Both the position numbers and the translations under genes were made by a program. This document shows positions 12,790-24,420 of a DNA stretch of 64,000 nucleotides, piece by piece. The DNA lies in contig NC_079172.1 in the NCBI RefSeq assembly GCF_947568905.1, positions 29,388,001 to 29,452,000 of the forward strand. The letters are read 5' to 3'. The stretch comes from Ostrea edulis (taxonomy: Eukaryota). Each line of letters begins with the position of its first letter. Position 1 is the first letter of the stretch. The notes under the pieces were generated by a model. The model was not told where the DNA came from, made no database searches, and worked only from the letters and a program-made list of their open reading frames with translations.

Positions 12790-13735
12790 TCATATCCACC
12801 ATCAATTCTCTCAGATCCTTTGAATTTCTGTCGAAATCAGAAGAAAGTAAATGATATAAAATGCATCCAACTTGATCGCGACTTTTGGCGCATATATCTA
12901 AATTCTAGAGAAAGCAGACAGGTGTTAGTGGCAGAGGGATTTGAACTTCAACAGAGAACGATCAATGTGTTTGAAAATAATCCGTTTTCTGCGGGTACCG
13001 AGAAGCCCGACGAGGATATACTCCGAGTGACAATCCGAGGAGTCCCTTTATCTGTTGATGACAAATGTGTCACTGACATGTTAAGCAAACTAGGCGCTAA
13101 GCTCACGTCAGAAATCAAGTATGAGAAAATACGAAATCCGTCCACTAGGAAAATGACGGACATACGCAACGGAAACCGCTTCATATACATGCGACCCTTC
13201 CCTGATGGCAAATTCCTACCAAAATCAAGTTTTTGTGCTGGATTAAAGTGCTCTATATTTCATCGTGGCCAACCAAAACGAGAGAGAAAGCGTTGTACCA
13301 ACTGTTGGGGAGACGACCATATGAGGCATAAATGCGAATACGAATCCTGCTGTAAAGTTTGTCATGAATCTGGACACAAGCCGGGGTCCGAGGATTGTAG
13401 ACATTATGAAAACCGACAGAAGGTTGTGATTACTTTTGGCGGAAAAGATGACTCTCTATCTAATTTTTATGAGTGTGAGATAGATAATTTTGGATTCAAT
13501 CACCCTACTTCCGAACACGCATTTCAATATGCGAAGGCTATGAGGTCTGGAGACATGCTGCGAGCTACGAGCATTAGAGAAGCTGCCACCCCACTTGAGG
13601 CAAAACGGATCGGAAAACAAGTGACCACGACAGACCAGTGGGAAGACACAAAAGATGTGGTGATGCGTGAAATAATTGAAAAAAAATCAATCAATGCAGT
13701 GAACTTAAAGAACAACTATTAATCAAAGTACTGAA
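12790..13735 (+). CDS. Gag-like non-LTR ORF1 (RRM-like region + 2 CCHC zinc knuckles) fused to a NADAR/YbiA-like domain; 5' and 3' disrupted
   Basis: Knuckles CTNCWGDDHMRHKC and CKVCHESGHKPGSEDC (13294-13398). From 13435: FGGKDDSLSNFY...HPTSEHAFQYAK...IREAATPLEAKRIGK...QWEDTKDVVMREII, continuing after a frameshift as KINQCSELKEQLL. This matches the NADAR pattern FSNF / PTSEHYFQAxK / W..K..VM / KF.Q...L...LL. Confidence 0.8.
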
Positions 13736-13884
13736 AGTACTCATGGGAGTTGAACATTGTGGAAATTCAGTTAGAACAGATAGCACTGGAAGGGTAGGGG
13801 GATAAATGACTGAATATTATCATGATTTTAGACACAAATCAACTGTTGTTGTTTTTCAAAGCGTTGCAACAGCAAACATGGATA

Positions 13885-14872
13885 ATGGAAGGCCCATGGG
13901 CCACAACGCTCCTCGAGTAACTGAAGTCGTGTTGTTGTTTTCTAGAATTTCACCCCTTTATATTCTCATGAAAAATGTGACCACATATTATGGCCCAAAC
14001 ATTCAAATCAATATGGTTATCAATGCCTTGCAGTTATGAAGAAGTTTTTTCCCCTGTATATATACATGTACATTCAAGTTTAATCCTAGTTGTAGCTAAT
14101 TCTAAGGATTCATTACTTGAAAAGGTTGTCCAATATGCTAAACTGTCACCTGAGTATACTACAGTCCTGTAGAGGATCAATGGAATGGTAAATAATTGTA
14201 TAATAACTCAAAATAAATGAAATGCAAAAAAATTAAAAATCGTCCGGCATCGAAGATGCACAAACCGAGTTGCACAAGGAATGGGCATAGAGGAAACCGG
14301 CAGAAAAGTTTGCAAGAATTATCAAGCAGGGAGCAAAATTTTGCGTACATAAATTTCAGCCGACTTAAATCCTTTGTGACCTTGACCTTTAACCCTTGAC
14401 CAAAATCAATAGGCTTCTTTGTCTCATCAAGGGCGATAATCCATCTAAGTTTAATTGAGATCCTATAATTTGTTAAAAAATTATAGTGCAGAAAACAAAA
14501 TTTTCTCCAAATTTCAGTCTATTTATAGCCACTGTGACTTTGACCTTGTGACCCCATCTTACTGAGGGTGACAATCGATCTAAGTTTAATTGAGATCCTA
14601 TAATTCGTTCAAGAGCTATGGTGTGGAAAACAAAATTTTCTTCAAATTTCAGTCTATTTATAGCCAGTGACCTTGACCTTTGACCTAGTGACCCCAGAAT
14701 CGATAGACCTCCTGGTCTTACTGAGGGTGACAATCCATCTAAGTTTGATTGAGATCGTATGATTCGTTCAAGAGCTATGGTGCGGAAAACAAAATTTTCT
14801 CCAAATTTCAGTCTATTTATAGCCACTGTGACCTTGACCTTTGACCTAGTGACCCCAGAATCGATAATACTT
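13885..14872. repeat. Fragments of Helentron-type non-autonomous elements with a ~160-bp satellite-like array (14380-14872)
   Basis: AGGCCCATGGGCCAC head motif at ~13890. TGACCTTGACCTTTGACC-containing units recur at ~14380, 14530, 14670 and 14830. Confidence 0.65.
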
Positions 14873-16007
14873 GAACTATTCCGAATATTACAAGAGTTTT
14901 CAGATGCACTTTCTGCAATGAAAAATAATAAAAGCCCTGGTCTTGATGGACTACCAAGTGAGTTTTATAAAATGTTTTGGCCTAAACTTAAAAAACATTT
15001 CTTTTCTACCATTCAAAAAATCTTTTGATGATAATAAATTACCACTTTCTCAGAGATTGTCAGTTTTATCCATTATATACAAAAAAGGAGATAAAAATTT
15101 GCTAGAAAATTACAGACCAATTAGTTTGACTGACACTGACTACAAAATCATCGCATTTACTTTTGCAAGACGATTACAAAAAGTAATCAATAATTTAATA
15201 TCAAATGACCAGTCTGCATATATTAAAGGTAGATTTATAGGATTAAACGCAAGAATAATAGCTGATATCTTTAAACATTGGGAAAATTGTAATGAGGACG
15301 GAATATTATTATTTCTTGATTTTCAAAAAGCTTTTGATTCAGTGGAATGGAATTTTATGTTTAAAGCACTTAAATCCTTTAATTTCGGTATTAATTTCTT
15401 AAAGTGGCTGAACATTTTATATATAGAGCCTTTATTCAGAATGAAAAATAATGGGTGGATATCAAAAACCTGTAAAATGTCCCGGGGCATCCGTCAGGGG
15501 TGTCCCATTTCTGCTATAATTTTTTTGTTTGTTACTGAAATTCTTGCAATTCAGATTAGAAAAAGCAATAGCATCAAAGGTATTAACATGGTTAATAATG
15601 AGAAAGATAATGAAATTAGAATTGTCCAACATGCAGATGACTGTACACTCCCTTTAAAAGATGAAGTCTCAATGAATAATGCTCTAGATATCATAAATAA
15701 ATTTAGCTCCGTTTCGGGAATGATTCTTAACACATCCAAATCGGAAAGTATCTTAATGGGAAACCTAAAACATAATTATACGGATAACATTTGTGGAATA
15801 AATATAAATTCCTCTTGTGTAAAAACTTTAGGAATCTACATCGGTCATGATAAAACACTTTGTTATAAAAAATAATAGTTTGAATTGTATAAAAGACATG
15901 GAAAAACTTTTTGAGGCTTGGAAAACAAGAAACCTCACTCTCTTTGGAAAAACTTGCGTGATCAACACGTTAGCTCTATGTAAAACTTATACGGTACCAA
16001 TTTTGAT

Positions 16008-16051
16008 GCACCAGATGCGCATTTCGACAAATAATGTCTCTTCAGTGATGC
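16008..16051 (-). ncRNA. Minimal type I hammerhead ribozyme, copy 1
   Basis: Minus strand: GCATCA-CTGAAGA-GAC-ATTATTT-GTC-GAAA-T-GCGC-A-TC^TGGTGC. All core nucleotides are present, with stems I and II paired, a palindromic GCGC loop 3 and an AUC cleavage triplet. Confidence 0.88.
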
Positions 16052-16218
16052 TCAACCGAAATGTTTGAAATCCGAAATAACTATGAAGTTTTAGAGCTAA
16101 ATATAGCCAAAAACAGCGTGCCAATAAAGTAGAGCCAAATTTGTCCAAGGATAAGAGCTATACATGAGGGAGATAATCCTTAATTTTGAAATGAATTTCT
16201 AAATTTTATAACAGCAAT

Positions 16219-16762
16219 ACGCAAGATCGCGACTACTTTTTCCGTCTTGGTTTTAAATTTTACTTCCCCCTTTCAAAGTCTCGCGAGACCCAGAGTATGC
16301 GAGAATTTGGGCATGTTGGTAAATAATACCAGTTCTGCAACTTTTATCGTGATCGATTCACCCGATTTTAACAATGGTGTACTATCATTGCATTGCAGTA
16401 GACTGTAGTAATGATTCAAGAAAGAAACATAATACGCAGAAATATCCATAACTGATAGATTTTAATGGAAATGTGGTGGATTTTTTTCCCACTGCTGTCA
16501 GCCAGGAAATTCCCAAAGCTGAGAAGAGCTTGCGTCAAAATATATAGCTTCGCGAGCTAAATTCAGAAGTTCATTTTTCCTGTATCCAGACGTTTTTACA
16601 CACCTTTCATATAAAAATGCTTTTAATTGTGGAAAGCACATGGAGGTTAAATCGTCTTCCGATGCCATTGTTTTGAATAAACAAAAAATGCCCAAGATCG
16701 ACACGCTTTTCCGGACTTCTTTACAAGAGAGTTCCGCTAACGCGGTATTTACGATCTTGCGT
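16219..16762. mobile_element. ~545-bp non-autonomous DNA element inserted in retrozyme monomer 1, carrying a short gene fragment
   Basis: Inverted ends (AAT)ACGCAAGATCG...CGATCTTGCGT(ATT). The empty site CAGCAATTAAAT is seen in monomer 2. An internal minus-strand frame reads MASEDDLTSMCFPQLKAFLYERCVKTSGYRKNELLNLA. Confidence 0.8.
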
Positions 16763-16904
16763 ATTAAATATACATCCGTATTTTCAAGCTAGTGACGAAG
16801 TACTTAGCTAATGGGCTGTAGAGACCCTCGGGGACTAACAGTCCACCAGTAGAGGCCTCGACCCAGGAGTCATAATGTAAAACTTATACGGTACCAATTT
16901 TGAT

Positions 16905-16948
16905 GCACCAGATGCGTATTTCGACAAATAATGTCTCTTCAGTGATGC
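16905..16948 (-). ncRNA. Minimal type I hammerhead ribozyme, copy 2
   Basis: Identical to copy 1 except that loop 3 is ACGC instead of GCGC. Confidence 0.85.
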
Positions 16949-19029
16949 TCAACCGAAATGTTTGAAATCCGAAATAACTATGAAGTTTTAGAGCTAAATA
17001 TAGCCAAAAACAGCGTGCCAATAAAGTAGAGCCAAATTCGTCCAAGGATAAGAGCTATGCATGAGGGAGATAATCCTTAATTTTGAAATGAATTTCTAAA
17101 TTTTATAACAGCAATTAAATATACATCCGTATTTTCAAGCTAGTAACGAAGTACTTAGCTACTGGGCTGTAGAGACCCTCGGGGACTAACAGTCCACCAG
17201 CAGAGGCCTCGACCCAGGGGTCATAATGTAAAACTATCTAAGATTTTATATAGAATCTCTGTTCTCTCTTTACCATGCAATGAAGAATTAAAAACAATGA
17301 ATAGACTTATATTTAAGTTCCCATGGAATAAAACAGATCGTATAAAACGAAATACTTTAATACGTAGCATTAATGAAGGAGGTATTGGTGTGATAGACGT
17401 TGAGTCAAAATTAATGTCAATAAAAGCATCTTGGGTTGAAAAATTACTAAATTCAAAGGGAAAATTAAAGTCATATGTAGAATCCTTATGTCTGAAAAAT
17501 AATATTTATTTTAAATATATTCTAATTACCAATGAAACAGATTTGAAAAATTATGGCTTAATCAAAAACTTTCCAATTTTCTATCAACAAATTTTTATAT
17601 GTTCCAATAAATGTAAACAGAGACAAATGCATTTATCAGCTACAAAATTCTTACAACAACCAATATGGAATAATAAATTATTCACATATAAAGGTAAGTC
17701 ACTATATTTCCCTGATTGGATTAAAAGTAATCTGCTCTATGTCAAAGATATATGTGACTCAAGTGGTCTAAAACCTGCTAAATGGTTTCTTGATAATTTA
17801 AAATACAAAAGTAATTGGATTTGCCAATATAAAATTTTATATTCAGTCTTTAGAGAATTTATAAACAAATATGATCTTTCAATTGTTCCATTTATCACAA
17901 ACTCTCCAATAATCCCTCGCTTTCAGTACGGCAACAAACTATTAGACTTAAGCAAAGGTATTTCAAAAATATTTTACAAAATTTTATGCAATAAAAAATC
18001 ACGTACACCTATTTATCAGTCATTCTATGAAAGAGAATTTCATATTCAGTGTAAATCATCATGGGTAAAAATATATAGACATAAAATTGCAAATATTCTT
18101 GATAAAAAGGTTGCAGAGTTCAACTATAAACTTCTGAACAACTTGCTCAGCAATAATTTATTCTTAAGTAAATGCTGCCAAGATATAAGCAGTAAATGCA
18201 ACTCATGTCCAAATGAAACAGAAAATTGTAAACATTTAATATTTGATTGTTCAAATGTCAAAGATATTTGGAATTTGATAAGTTCCTCATTAAAATTTGA
18301 AATTAGCTGGAAACATATTGTTATTGGCTTCTATCAGGAAACAAATGACAAAATATCAGTTCTTAATATTTTAATTTCTTTCATTGCTTATCGTATATAC
18401 AAATTCAAAATGTTATGTAGACTCAATAGCAAAAATGAAACACAAGAAAGAGTTAAACAACATATAAAATATGAATTGCTAACATATCATAAAGTACTTA
18501 AGAAATGTAACACTCATAACTCGAATTATATAGACATTATATTAGGAATTTCGGATAAACTTTAATAAAATTAAATCAATGTACGAGACATTATCAGTAT
18601 TGTAACATACTTTTAATTAATATACATATATTTCTTACTATTCATCTGTATTTATTTGTAATCGATATGTTCACGTACAACATGTATTTAATTATGTAAA
18701 TGTAGTTTTACGAATGATATAAATCCACCTCTACTGGGAGAACATGGTCTCCCGGCTAGGATGCCCTAGGGTCATCTCTGGACTCTAGTTTGTGTGTGTG
18801 TGGACCCTGAGGCAGCATGAGTGGTATTATGTTTTAAGAAAATCCCTAGCTTTATTATATCTAACATTATGGCACTGTTGTAATCTACTAACTCATTGTT
18901 ACATTGATCATCATACAATATGAATACTGTATAACCTATATATTTAAATGTCAACTATGACAATATTACTCTGACATGCAATGAAATTTATGTATTCAAT
19001 GAATGTACATATACAATGAATGTAGATAT

Positions 19030-20110
19030 CAAGAAGCAATGCATTTTCTGTCGTTTTCGAACCACGGGAACTTTTCCCCAATCACTCAAAATAGAAAACG
19101 TGTTCTTATCGGGCCGTCGGTCATGTGACCGGGCTGAAAATGAATCAAGTGTGGCGGCACCCCCGGCTCCAAATCCAATATGGCTGCGCCCAGCATAACC
19201 GCTACAGTTTTATACACATTTTCAGAAGAAGAGCTTGACGATGATAACGACGAAGTATTCATTGTCGCAACAATGCCGTATGTGTCAGTTATGTTAATTA
19301 GACATCTATTGATAGCATGCCATATAGTTATTTTGACACAATAATTGGACAACCATACATAAACTATTGTCTGTCCTAGCCTCTCTTGCAACTATTTCTT
19401 TAACCCTAATAAAAATAAAAATTGGCAACTGACCTGTAAGATTGGATGAGTTGTAACTAAACAACTCACATTCTTTTGTTATTTCATAAATGTAGGGTCT
19501 TCGAGGTGTATGCATTGACAAAAGTGATGGAATGAATAATAAAAATATATGTTGTTACAAGATCTTGTAAAAATATATGCATAATGCACTTATGTAGAAG
19601 CTGCTGTTCGTTAATGAAACTGACAAAACTTGCATATCTATAAACGACGCCATCTTGGTCCCGCTCACGCCTGTCAAAAAATTCGGCGCCATCGGGCCGA
19701 CCCGGTTGATGCGCACGCATTATCGGCTTCCAATCAAGTGTTCAGCCGGTCAAAAACCGGCGGCCCGGTAATACCGGCGAGGTCGAATCAAGTTCCAGCA
19801 TTGGTCAGTTCAATTGTACACCAAACCCGAGCTTAAAGGCCTCTCGGTCACCTGAGTATCATATTCCATACATAGACCATGTATTTAGCTTTTCTCACAC
19901 ATGTTTGGGAGCAGATAACATTTTTAAAGATTATTTCTTAATTTAAAAAAAAACATTCCCTATGCCTGCAACACCGGTGATCAAAACATTATGACCCGAT
20001 AGTTCAGCATAAGAGCGAATTCAATTGACCAATGAGAACGCGTCTCTATTTTGGGTGATTGAGGAAAAGTTCCTGTGGTTCAAAAACGACAGAAAATGTA
20101 TTGGTTCTTC
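19030..20110. mobile_element. ~1.08-kb non-autonomous DNA element with ~80-bp imperfect TIRs
   Basis: 19031-19110 (AAGAAGCAATGCATTTTCTGTCGTTTTCGAACCACGGGAACTTTTCC...) matches the reverse complement of 20030-20109. ATAT lies on both flanks. Confidence 0.75.
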
Positions 20111-20636
20111 ATATTTATTGCCGGTGCAAACAGATGTTAGGTATTTTTACAAACTATGATCTTTCCTCGATCGATCGAGATAGGGCTTCTTAGATTTAAC
20201 GTCCTTGAAATATAAAAAGGAGACGAATAAAAACTTGAGTTAGTGATTTTTTGGATTCTGGATTCCTCCCTTGTGTAAATATAGAATAGAGAGGGTCAAT
20301 TCGTGACGAGCCCCTGTGGCTAGACCGACGCTAGTTTCTCCATCGCTGATCGCGACCAAATCACACCAGGATGTAGTTTACTCCGTTCTTCTTGTCATTT
20401 CAGTTAACTTTACCCTCTAAATTACCTTTATTTTTACACATTTTTTTTTTTTTTAAAAACATTTCATTTTCAATTAAATATCTATATCTTATATTCTCTT
20501 TGGTATTGTTCCTAATTTTTTATTCGATAAAACTCTTACGAACTATATTTTGTGTTCTACGATCGTTATTTTGGTCATCTGCTACATAATCATGGAAGCT
20601 CGATAAGAACACAAATCAAAATAGAAAATATAAATA

Positions 20637-20796
20637 TAAGAAATAAAATATCATTTTTCAATGTTATTGGGATATGACATAAAGTTGGTACGTGATCAAA
20701 TCTACTATAACGCCCTTCGGGCGTTATAGGATTTGATCACATGACCAACTTCATGTCATATCCCAACAACATTCAAAAATGATATCTTATTTCTTA
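20637..20796. mobile_element. 160-bp hairpin (foldback) MITE
   Basis: Near-perfect palindrome TAAGAAATAA...TATAACGCCC-TTC-GGGCGTTATA...TTATTTCTTA. Confidence 0.85.
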
Positions 20797-21959
20797 AATG
20801 TACTCTACGGGTTATTTAGAAATAGTATACCGATACCAAAACAAGATCATATTCCGGCCATATAACCAACCTTGTCACTTCCTCCTCTGATTAAAAAAGC
20901 CAGGGAAAATAAGAAAAAATAAAGTAAATATAAAACAGGTTAATATTTAAAAAAAAAATTTTTTTATCGAGTACTCAACACTACTAACATGAATAAATCT
21001 TTTAATCAATACAGCTTGAACTAAATCTTAAAAGTAAGGAATTAATTAATTAATTAATTAATTAATTAACTTGCATTTTGGCTAAGGAATATTCATATCA
21101 TCATGAATATTTATTTTCTTTTTTCCAAATTAATCCGTTTAAAAAAAAGTACCAAAAAAATCCAAGCTTTATTTTGAATAGGCCCGACCGGATTAAAATT
21201 CTAAATTGCGGAGTAAACTTACGCTTCATTCGCGGAGAAAATTTATTGATGCTTTCGTTGATAGGTCTGTATTTGTTTTATTCTGCATACAGTAGTGGGT
21301 GAACGCGTCATTTATTGAAATGCACTCACAATTTTCTTTTTGGTACGTAGGCCGACACGAAAATCGAAAATGACACCAGGCCCAAGCATTGTTCGCCCGT
21401 CAATTACGAAAGTATACTTGTAAAATTTTGCATTGGAAATGAATATCGCACTTAGTGTTTTATTCCAGTATATATCATTTAGATTTTAGATTCCACATAT
21501 TTGTTTACAAGCAAAGACAAGCACAATGTTATGACGATGCGCTACTTTAATATTGTATGGCAGCCGATATCACGGAAATTGATTAACCGCGATACATGCA
21601 CAAAATATTAATTTTCTGAAATTTCTCAATGCATGAAAGCCTAATTACAGGTACATGTGTTTTTTGAATAAAACCATTCCACAAAGGTTGGGAAGGTGAA
21701 TTTTCAGTACCTTAAATTGCATTGATCAAGTGCTTTGATTTAAAACATATATCCACTCTGTGGCGTCTTGGTTATCGTTTATAGGTTATCATTAAATTTT
21801 GTCACATGTTTTCTTTTCTCCCGAATAAAATTACGTCGCGTATTTTCATTGTGACGTAAAAATACAGTGGATTGACATAAGGGGGGGGGGGGGTTGCTTG
21901 GAACGGCTCATATCCGAACTTGGCAGGTTTCCATTACATTTTGATGTAGTGAAAAATAT

Positions 21960-23352
21960 AATAAAATATGTAAACAGATGAGATTAGAAAATCTGGGTAC
22001 TTCTTTTCCTCTACTAAATGCTGCATACATGCAAAGTAAGCATAATGCTTGTACATTAAAATCGCAGTCATGGTATGGTGTGGTGCAAAAGTTATTTGGA
22101 ATTGTTGGAATTAGAAACAATCATATTGCAATCAATAACCTATCAATTTTAAAGAAAAAATGTAAGGAATTGTTATGCAATCATTATTTGAAAGAATGGG
22201 GACATATCAGAAGTTTACAATATGGAAAACTTGAAACTTATGTTAAATTTAAAACTAATTTTGTTTTTGAAAACTACTTAACACTCTTACCACCTGCACA
22301 ACATAAAACACTTGCAAGATTACGTACATCAGCGCACAATTTACCAGTAGAACGAGGTCGTTATTCAGGAATCCCTAGACATTTAAGATTTTGCACAAAG
22401 TGTTCTTCTTGTAAAATTGGTGATGAAATTCATCTAATTTTTGAATGTTTAACTTATAACTCACTCAGGCAGAACATGTATGAAATTATAAAACAACAAT
22501 GTGAACATTTTTCCAGTCTTGACACCATGAATAGATTAATATGGTTACTCAATTGTGAAAATACTGATGTACTTGTAGCCCTTTGCGATTTGATTAAAGA
22601 AGCAATATAAAATGAAACATGTGAAAGTTCAAACCAATATGTTTATACATAATTATGCGCTCCTTGTAAACATGACATGTTGACTTAGTCCCGTGGTATC
22701 TTTTGCATTACATTCAATCATATGTACTTGTACTACGTGCCTATTACTATTATTATGTGTCATTGCATATATTGTTATTATTTTCTTCCTGTGTGCATTT
22801 CTGACTGTTTTGCATTAGGATACACGGTGGTACTTACATATATTACATCAAGTAATGTCTCGTGTTATGTACATTGTCTAAGCTCATACTACTAGTATTA
22901 CTGTATATTATGTGTGAACTATATGAAACCATATTGCACATATGCACTCATTATAAACATGACATATTGATCTAGTACCAATGCACCGTCCCGTGGTATC
23001 TTTTGCATTACAGTGGAGTTAATCATATGTACTTTACTACCTTTACTATTATTACATGTAGAGTTGTTATGTACATGTATATATATAGACATCTATATAT
23101 GTATATTTTTTCCCCTGTGTGTATTTCTGACTGTTTTGCATTAGGATACACGGTGGTACTTACATATAATACAAATAAGTATTATCATGTTCAAATGTCT
23201 CATGTATGAACATTGCTCATACTAATAGTGCAGATTTTACTCTTGTTTTGTTTTGTTTTTCTTTTTATCGTCATTGCACATTGAAATGTTAACAATCATG
23301 TATGCTGTATGCCCGAGAGGGCCCTAATTTGGAAATAAATCATATTCTATTC
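21960..23352 (+). mobile_element. 5'-truncated non-LTR retrotransposon 3' end (RTE-X/L2-like), copy 3, with a ~300-bp tandem duplication in the 3' UTR
   Basis: GKLETYVKFK...FENYL...RLRTSAHNLPVERGRY...CTKC...DEIHLIFEC. The 3' end is GCCCGAGAGGGC + TTGGAAATAAA + (TATTC)n. 22660-22920 is repeated at 22950-23225. Confidence 0.85.
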
Positions 23353-23354
23353 TA

Positions 23355-23815
23355 TATACTCCTGTTATTTGCAACGCTCTACGAGAAAATCGGGGATTTT
23401 ACTGTGGAGCGTTGCCTGCAACGTCCTGATGTTAGATGCTATATACCATATACGATTACTATCGATTAGTGATCGATTACTGATCTGATCGATTAGTCAT
23501 GTCTGGTATATAATAGCATGATGGTGATATTTTAATTTCGTAAATAATATTGATATTAATTAGGGCACATGTTTTGTTAAAATGTTGATATAGACATGTA
23601 CATATGAAAGAGAAACAAATGAATTGAAAGAGAAATGGTAATTTATAACGGAATAATTAAGCCGCATGAAGCATACGATATATTGTTCATAAATCTCTAT
23701 ATTTTATGCAATTTATTCATAGAAAATTTTTCTTGTCAGTTTAATCTTTTATATATGTCAACCCGATGTATATTTTGGTATCGTAATGTACTCGGGATTT
23801 TAGTACCCCAAAACC
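23355..23815 (-). mobile_element. Second copy (inverted, one end lost) of the MITE at 9675-10109
   Basis: Reverse-complement similarity across ~400 bp. Confidence 0.75.
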
Positions 23816-23849
23816 TATCTAAATATAGAAAAAGATTACTCGACAAAAC

Positions 23850-24420
23850 ACACGGAAGTCAAACCGGTTGATACTGGTTATGTTCGTATGCCATACGTTA
23901 GTAAACAAAGTGCCTAAGAACACAAAAAATCATTCGCCCTACGTCAGAGTTCTATATTTAATCAACTTCATTAGCGAAATATATCCCAAAAGTTTAAAAT
24001 CGGTCAAGTTTAATATATAGTCAATTACAAATTTTAAATACAGTGTTTACATATAGAATTTGAGATGTGTAGATTGTAGCAACGAACTTAAGAACTATGT
24101 TTTACGCTTCCTATATATTAATACGCTATGCATTCGTATATAACCTGGTGTCGCCAATTTTGAGTGCGCAGAAGGATTTTTTTTGGAAGGAGAGGGCTGT
24201 GCCGGTTTAGGGAGTGTGTGTGTCTATTGTCTTGAAGGGGTTTACGGGCTTCTTCAGATAAGTAACTCGTCTTTTAAGTGTCGTGGTACATTGTTGAGTT
24301 TCTAAGATTCATTTAAGTAATTCTGTTCTTGCTACAATGGAAAATATCGGCTGAATTGAGGTTTTCAAGATGGCGGGCTTCATTTCAAGTGACGTAAATA
24401 TGGCTGACGTAGTGGATATT
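23850..24420 (+). promoter_or_regulatory. Candidate promoter region
   Basis: ETS-type CGGAAGT (~23853), YY1-type AAGATGGCGG (~24367) and TGACGT/ACGTCA sites (~23941, 24389, 24405), at the start of a long TE-free block. Motif evidence only. Confidence 0.4.

Larger units (their letters stand above)
15979..17235 (-). mobile_element. Tandem dimer of a 351-bp hammerhead-bearing unit (retrozyme / Penelope-like pLTR type)
   Basis: The unit boundary TGTAAAACT occurs at 15979, 16876 and 17227. Monomer 1 is 897 bp (351 + 546 insertion) and monomer 2 is 351 bp. Removing the block restores the RT codons GCT CTA TCT AAG. Confidence 0.85.
14873..18565 (+). pseudogene. L1/Tx1-clade ORF2 (RT + C-terminal CCHC), endonuclease missing, frameshifted and interrupted at 15979-17235
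   Basis: KSPGLDGLPSEFY, NYRPISL, FLDFQKAFDSVEW, GIRQGCPIS, QHADDCTL, TLGIYIG, RNLTLFGKTCVINTLAL|SKILY (rejoined across the insertion), EGGIGVID and CNSC...KHLIFDC. Confidence 0.92.
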
